IMG/VR virus record: IMGVR_UViG_3300019458_000025
DNA length: 64,000 nucleotides
From: an uncultured virus (IMG/VR IMGVR_UViG_3300019458_000025)
Lineage: Duplodnaviria > Heunggongvirae > Uroviricota > Caudoviricetes
Direction: 5' to 3' (one strand)
Position numbers and translations under genes: made by a program. Below are positions 58,905-64,000 of this stretch, piece after piece. The notes below the pieces were generated by a model. It saw only the letters and a program-made list of their open reading frames with translations. It did no database searches and was not told where the DNA came from. Each line of letters begins with the position of its first letter. The stretch's first letter is position 1.

Positions 58905-58933
58905 ATGTTAACGGATGTGGACGCCCGTGTCAA
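58905..58933 (-). promoter_or_regulatory. Sigma70-type promoter (GTTAACATCTGTG family)
   Basis: TTGACA-17-TAACAT-CTGTG. Confidence 0.75.
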
Positions 58934-58986
58934 GCGAAAAACGCGGTGTCGTTCCGCAGCTTTCCGGTGGGACCGTTATGGAGCGC

Positions 58987-61136
58987 CTACCCGAGATCCG
59001 TATTGACCGGGATGACGCGGACGACCTCAGCCATGCGGCCGTGTTCCTTCTTCCAGGCTGAAAGGCATGGGCGACCGCAGGAAAACCAGGTCGCCCTGCC
59101 GTCCGCCCAGAGGACGCCGAGGCGTGCCAGGCGCCTCGGATGGCGCGGGCACCGCCTTCCGTGGCCGCGCTCCGCGAGCATCTGATCGACGCGCGCGATG
59201 ACTGCGGGGCTGGGCCCGCGCTTCCGTCGAACCATGGTCTTAGCCCCCTCGTTGACGACGCGGACGACCGCGGCGCACTTTTCGCAGGTCACGGGAAGCC
59301 CTTCTTTTCGATGACGGTGAGGCCCTCGGCTTCGAACTTCTGGACGAACTTCTCGAAGGTGTCGCACTCGCTGAAGTCCCTGAGCGTGAAGACCATCCCG
59401 GGTATCGGGACGGTCTTCATCATCTGTTCGGCCTCGGCCACGACCTCAGCGTCGCTCTTCGCCTCCTTCTTGAACGATTGCTTCCCACGATCGTTGATGT
59501 CGTACACGAGTGCCATCGTGAACGTGCCATCCTCGTTCCGCCTCGACATAAGCCGGACGTTGATGCCGCGGACGGTCTTCGAGGTCCAGAACTTCCAATA
59601 GCGCTGCTTCGGATATTCCGCGGACAGAACGCAGTCGGTCGGCTCCATCGGCTATGAGGTCCCCTGGGCTGCGGCAGGCGTCCCCGCAGCCTCCTTCTTC
59701 TTCAAGTCCAGGCAGCACTTGAGGAGGATCTTGTAGCCCGGAAACTCGCCCCGGACCACGAGATGGCGGCGCCCGCACTTCCGGCAGATCCGGTGGTTCT
59801 CTCCGCAGACCTCGCAGGGGTAGCCGCGGGCGCTCTTCCGGCTTTTCTGGCTCAGGCAGTAATGGCATCCCCGCGGTCCGAGGTTCGGGCGATTTCCCCC
59901 GTAGACCATCCCCGGCGCAGGCTTCCATCGGGAGCGCCCGATGTAATCGTGCGCCTCCTTGGTGAGCGCGTAGTCGAAGACGTAGTCGTCCTCATGGCCC
60001 TGAGCGCTGATCAAGTCGAGGTTGATCAGCCAGTCGATCGTCCTCTTGTTGATCGTGATGTGCTCCCGGTCGGTGAAGAAGCAAGAGCCGTTTCTACGGC
60101 GAAGCGTCTTCCCGTCCTTCATGAGCCAGACGACGAGCCGCTGGGACTTCGTGATGTTCATTGTCAATGCCTCAATTCGCAACACTTCTCGCAAAGGCCG
60201 CAGGAGTTGAGTGGTGCCGATTGACCACACATCGGGCAATTCTCAATTTTCACGATTTGCGCCCCCTCTTCTGCTTGCCGCTCGCCTTTTCTGCCGCTTC
60301 AAAGCCAGCTTCAAAAGCAGCCCAAATCTCGGTGAGGCATCGCCCGGAAAGCCGCACGCTCTCCACGTACATCGTCGCCAAGTAGCGGCGCCTGGTCGTC
60401 GTCTTCACGATTGATGATCCGGAGATGTCTCTACGATGCGCTTCTTCCACAACGCGCCTTCCACTTCATAGAGGGGGCGTTGTTCAAATGGATTCCCATC
60501 CCCAACAACGTCCCACATTCGCGACCATTTAAGGCCGATCATGACTGATTCGTACGCCATCTGCTCGCGGCTCTTGGGAGGGGACTTGACGAGCTTTACC
60601 GCAACTGCGGCCGATTCCGGATCGGCCTGGCCCCGAATCCAAAAGTGCTCATGGCCAGCCATAATTTCATCCCATAGAGGGCCGTTTATCCATTCCATCT
60701 TCAACCTCACCTTACCAGCACCGGCTTCCAGTTGTTTAGCATGGAATCGTGGGACACCATCGGCGTCGCTCCGATCGCGATCTGTCGCAAGGAGAACAAC
60801 CTCCGCGTATCGAAGGGGTGGTGCCTCGGCTCGGAGTTTTTGGGCAACGTAGCTGCGGTAGGCGGCGATCGAGTCGAGGACGATCTTTTCCGCCTCCGTG
60901 GAAAGCCGCGCACGGTCACCAGGTCGTAACGGCGGGGGAACCGGGGATGACACTCGTTGGAATATCGAATTTGGAGGGCTCTGAAGGAGATCTATGAGTC
61001 CCGGGCCGACCGTGAATACCCAGGATTCCTTCCACCAGACGAAGCGCCATGCCGCTTCATCCACCAGCCCACGCATCTCGATCGGCGGATCATCCTCAAA
61101 GTAGAAGATCTCGACACCCTCAGCGACCTTGGTCAT
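58987..61136 (-). other. Run of hypothetical CDS: 58987..59292, 59289..59648, 59652..60161, 60405..61136
   Basis: Coupled ORFs; Zn fingers in two of them. Confidence 0.6.
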
Positions 61137-61163
61137 CGCCAGTTCCTCCCGCCGAAACCGGAT

Positions 61164-61490
61164 CTAGCGGTGCTGCCCGAAGCAGTCCGAGCAGTAGACC
61201 GGGCGGTCTCCCCGGGGCTTGAACGGAACGCGCGCTTCCTTCCCGCAGTCGGCGCAGACCGCGGTGTGGTATTCGCGCGGACCGGTCCGGTCGCGCGCCG
61301 GACCCCGATCGCCGCCGCCCTGCCGATCGCCGCCTCCGCGCTGCTTCTTCGCCTCGCGGCAGGGCTTGCAGCGCTTGGGTTCGTTGCTGAAGCCGAGCTT
61401 CGCGAAATGCTCCTGTTCCCCGGCCGTGAACGTGAACGCCGCCTGGCAATCGACGCACTGCAACTCCTTGTCCGTGTACGCTTCGGGCAT
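61164..61490 (-). CDS. Zinc-ribbon plus CxxC-x17-CxxC domain protein
   Basis: DKELQCVDC..FTFTAGEQ.HF....PKRC..C; CADCGKEARVPFKP..DRPVYCSDCF. Confidence 0.9.
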   Translation of the reverse strand: MPEAYTDKELQCVDCQAAFTFTAGEQEHFAKLGFSNEPKRCKPCREAKKQRGGGDRQGGGDRGPARDRTGPREYHTAVCADCGKEARVPFKPRGDRPVYCSDCFGQHR

Positions 61491-61566
61491 GGCCCTTCCT
61501 CCGTTAGATGCCGCTGGGAACTCCGGAAACGTCCGAGGCCCCTTGAGGCATGATTAAACTATTTCG

Positions 61567-63160
61567 TCACCGCCAATGCCACGCGATATTGCCCATCCGG
61601 TTGAGCTTCTCGCGCATCCACTTCTCGATCAGCTTCCAGAACGGACCCCGACGCCACCACGGCGCTTGTAGATGCCGGACGTATTCCCGGATGAAGTCTC
61701 CAGCGGGTGCCTCATGTCGCTCCATCTTGATCGTGATCCTGGGCTTTCCTTCGACGTTCACGAGCACCGCGGGGACGTCCTCGATCGCCCCGGTCGCCCA
61801 ACGAGTCTCCCATTCGGTGATGGTCATCACGCCTCCTCGGCTTTCGGTGCATGGAGCGTACCGACGTAGACTGCGATGACACCGAAACCGCCGAATGGCT
61901 CCGGATCGCCCGGCGCCCCGACTTCGAGGAAGAAGCATTCGGTCGCCCGGATCTTCCTGGGCGCGGTCCAGGACACGCACGGAAGCTTCCGTCCGTTGAC
62001 GAGCGCGAGAAGATCCTTCGCGCGGTCCCGGTCATAGGGGTGCGCCGGTTCAGGAAGCGGGATGTGCCGGACGTCCTCCGGGGCGGCGAGCTTCGTGTGG
62101 ACGCTCTGGCCGAAGTGGTCCACGACGCCGCCGAGCGGATACCAGCCATCCCGTTCGAGAGGCGTCGCGATGCGCCTGAGCCTTTCGTCGTCCTCCGGAT
62201 GCTCGCAGTAGATCCGGATCTCCTCCCGCTCGAAGTGAAGGGGATAGGTCAACTGGGAGTCCATGGTCATGTTCGTCCAGGTCCAGTCCCGGTCGTGGTT
62301 AGGTCCCTTCCGGGGCGCCTTCCCCTGGCGTTCGAGGTTCCAGATCGAGGCCGTGAAGAACTCGGTGAGGCACGATTCGACCTTGGCGCGAGACCAGAGG
62401 AGCCCAGGGGTGTAGGCTTCGAGATCCGGCTCCCTGTAGCGATAGGTCAGTTCGTTGACGACCTCAAGAATTCTCATCCGTTCGAGCGCGTCCATGTCCA
62501 TGAGCCGGAGCGCCATGTTCCGCGCATCCCCCTGGAGGTCTTCCATTTTCATGGGCATTGGACCCTCCTCTCTTAGCTCGTGACCTGGATCGCCGACGTG
62601 ACGAGCATTTCGTGGACCGCGGCGGCGTGGCAGTCGTGCAGATAGGCGCCGACGTGCGCGCGGTGGCAGTAGCGACCGGTCGCGTCCCGGACCAGTTCCT
62701 GGCCCATCTCGCAGCGCTTGCAGATCCTCGGGATGAGGTAGTGACGCTCGTGGTCGCGCACGTTCTGGTTGAGATGGAGGAGCGCCTGTCCGACGCGGCA
62801 TCGGAGGCTTGCCGTGGGTTCGCCGCGTTCGCAGGGACCCCCGTTGACCCCGGCCGTGCAGAGGTCGTCGTGGAATCTGCGGATGATCTCGAACCAGTCA
62901 GTTCCTTGTTCGGGCACCGAATCCCCCTCGTCAGGCTCTCCTCAACGGCGGCTGTACATCAACGCGACAAGAACGGACGGCACCGTCATGATGAAGCCCA
63001 TTGCGGCCCACTTGATCCGGACCGGGCTCTCGGCGAACCAGGACAAGAACCTGAAGAGCACGAGGAGGAGTACCAGGAGGATCGGGACTCCGATCGAGCA
63101 CCACACCCCGATCGTGCCGCTCCGGAGTTCCCGGTCGTTCACGCCTGCCCGGCCATTCAT
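61567..63160 (-). other. Run of hypothetical CDS: 61567..61830, 61827..62558, 62573..62917, 62942..63160 (membrane)
   Basis: Coupled ORFs. Confidence 0.6.
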
Positions 63161-63900
63161 GCCGCGCTCCCGCGAAGCCCTCGGACCTGAAGCACCCAGT
63201 CGTTCAGGAACCCGCGATCCCCCTCCGCCGGGATCGGCCAGGGTTTCATGCCGTCGATCTCGTTGATGAGCGAGAGCGTCGTCTCGACGATCCGCTCCTT
63301 GGACCACTCGCTCCGCCGGATCTGCATGAGGATGTCGCGCTCGCCGCCTTCCTTCCAGACGAGAGGCGGTTGGCCCTTGGCGATCCGGCGCGCGTCCCAG
63401 CCCAGCCGGATCATGTGGTAGGCCCACTTCTCGTTGTATTCGCCGCCCTTCGTGTGGAGACCTCCCTTTCCCCCGTGGGCCGAGAACTTCTTCAGTTGGC
63501 CCTGCATGTACCCGAGGTACTGCTTGACCGATTCGGCTGTCAGGAAGCGCTGGCGCTCCTTCCGGAGGGGCTCCCATTTCGGGTCCGCCCAATAGAGCCG
63601 GTCGGTGAAGAGCATCTCGATGATGCCCGGATTGCCCTTGAGGAGGAGGTTCGCGAACTTCCCGACCTCGTGGACCTGGTAGTCCGGCTTCTGGGCTTCC
63701 GGGTTGTCGATCGTGTCCGGGGGCGGCGAGAGCCCGAGGAGGTCGTGGTTGAAGGCCACGTAGACGGCCACGTAGTCGATGTCGCTCGTCTCGATCTGGG
63801 TGTTGTGGCTCCAGGAGCCCCAGATCTTGGAGAAGATCGTCCAACCGCGGAGCATCGGGGCCTTTTCGAGCCAGCCGGTGGGGTTCAGATCCTTAGACAT
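63157..63900 (-). CDS. Pol-beta-superfamily nucleotidyltransferase (YcgL/RlaP-like)
   Basis: WGS..H......SDID, KF..LLLKGNP..IEML, K.AYHMIRL. Confidence 0.88.
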   Translation of the reverse strand: MSKDLNPTGWLEKAPMLRGWTIFSKIWGSWSHNTQIETSDIDYVAVYVAFNHDLLGLSPPPDTIDNPEAQKPDYQVHEVGKFANLLLKGNPGIIEMLFTDRLYWADPKWEPLRKERQRFLTAESVKQYLGYMQGQLKKFSAHGGKGGLHTKGGEYNEKWAYHMIRLGWDARRIAKGQPPLVWKEGGERDILMQIRRSEWSKERIVETTLSLINEIDGMKPWPIPAEGDRGFLNDWVLQVRGLRGSAA

Positions 63901-64000
63901 TCGCCTTCCAGAATCCATCCAGTTCGAGTTGCCCGGATTCCACGAGGTCGAACTCCATGAGTTCCCTATAGTTGAATTTGTTGCGATACTCCAAGCATTC

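Noticed and set aside
1..64000. Genome-wide TAG recoding
   Set aside because: Many well-defined genes (ssb, nicotinamidase, vWA, beta-propeller) end properly at TAG; only one suspicious internal TAG was seen.

Overview
This GC-rich window is densely packed with about 130 mostly short, tightly overlapping ORFs. A + strand block (1-10028) converges on a long - strand block (10084-64000). No capsid, terminase, polymerase or integrase is visible. The small-gene architecture, phage-type families and recurring sigma70-like promoters point to the accessory/early region of a large bacteriophage or phage-like element (inference). Families recognised from motifs: SMP-30-type beta-propeller, DUF192, three ParB/Srx-like domains, three ART-fold candidates, zf-HC2, methyltransferase plus glycosyltransferase, YkgJ, stand-alone Clp-N, HAD, DEDDh exoribonuclease, HNH-RNA ligase, SSB, PRAI-like barrel, CheR, Tad1-like sponge, Lar and a Pol-beta nucleotidyltransferase. 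Main observations: (1) mini-genes separated by a conserved GGCAC-N13/14-GTGCC repeat that supplies stop, RBS and start, with near-constant ~215-bp spacing; (2) a promoter-led operon joining NAD salvage (NAPRTase, nicotinamidase) with a vWA/kinase/PP2C triad; (3) a [RK]KRW(G) motif in 8 + strand proteins; (4) a 309-bp MITE with perfect 42-bp TIRs, an 8-bp TSD and a passenger gene; (5) two structured ncRNA candidates. All family calls are motif recognition by eye, not database hits.
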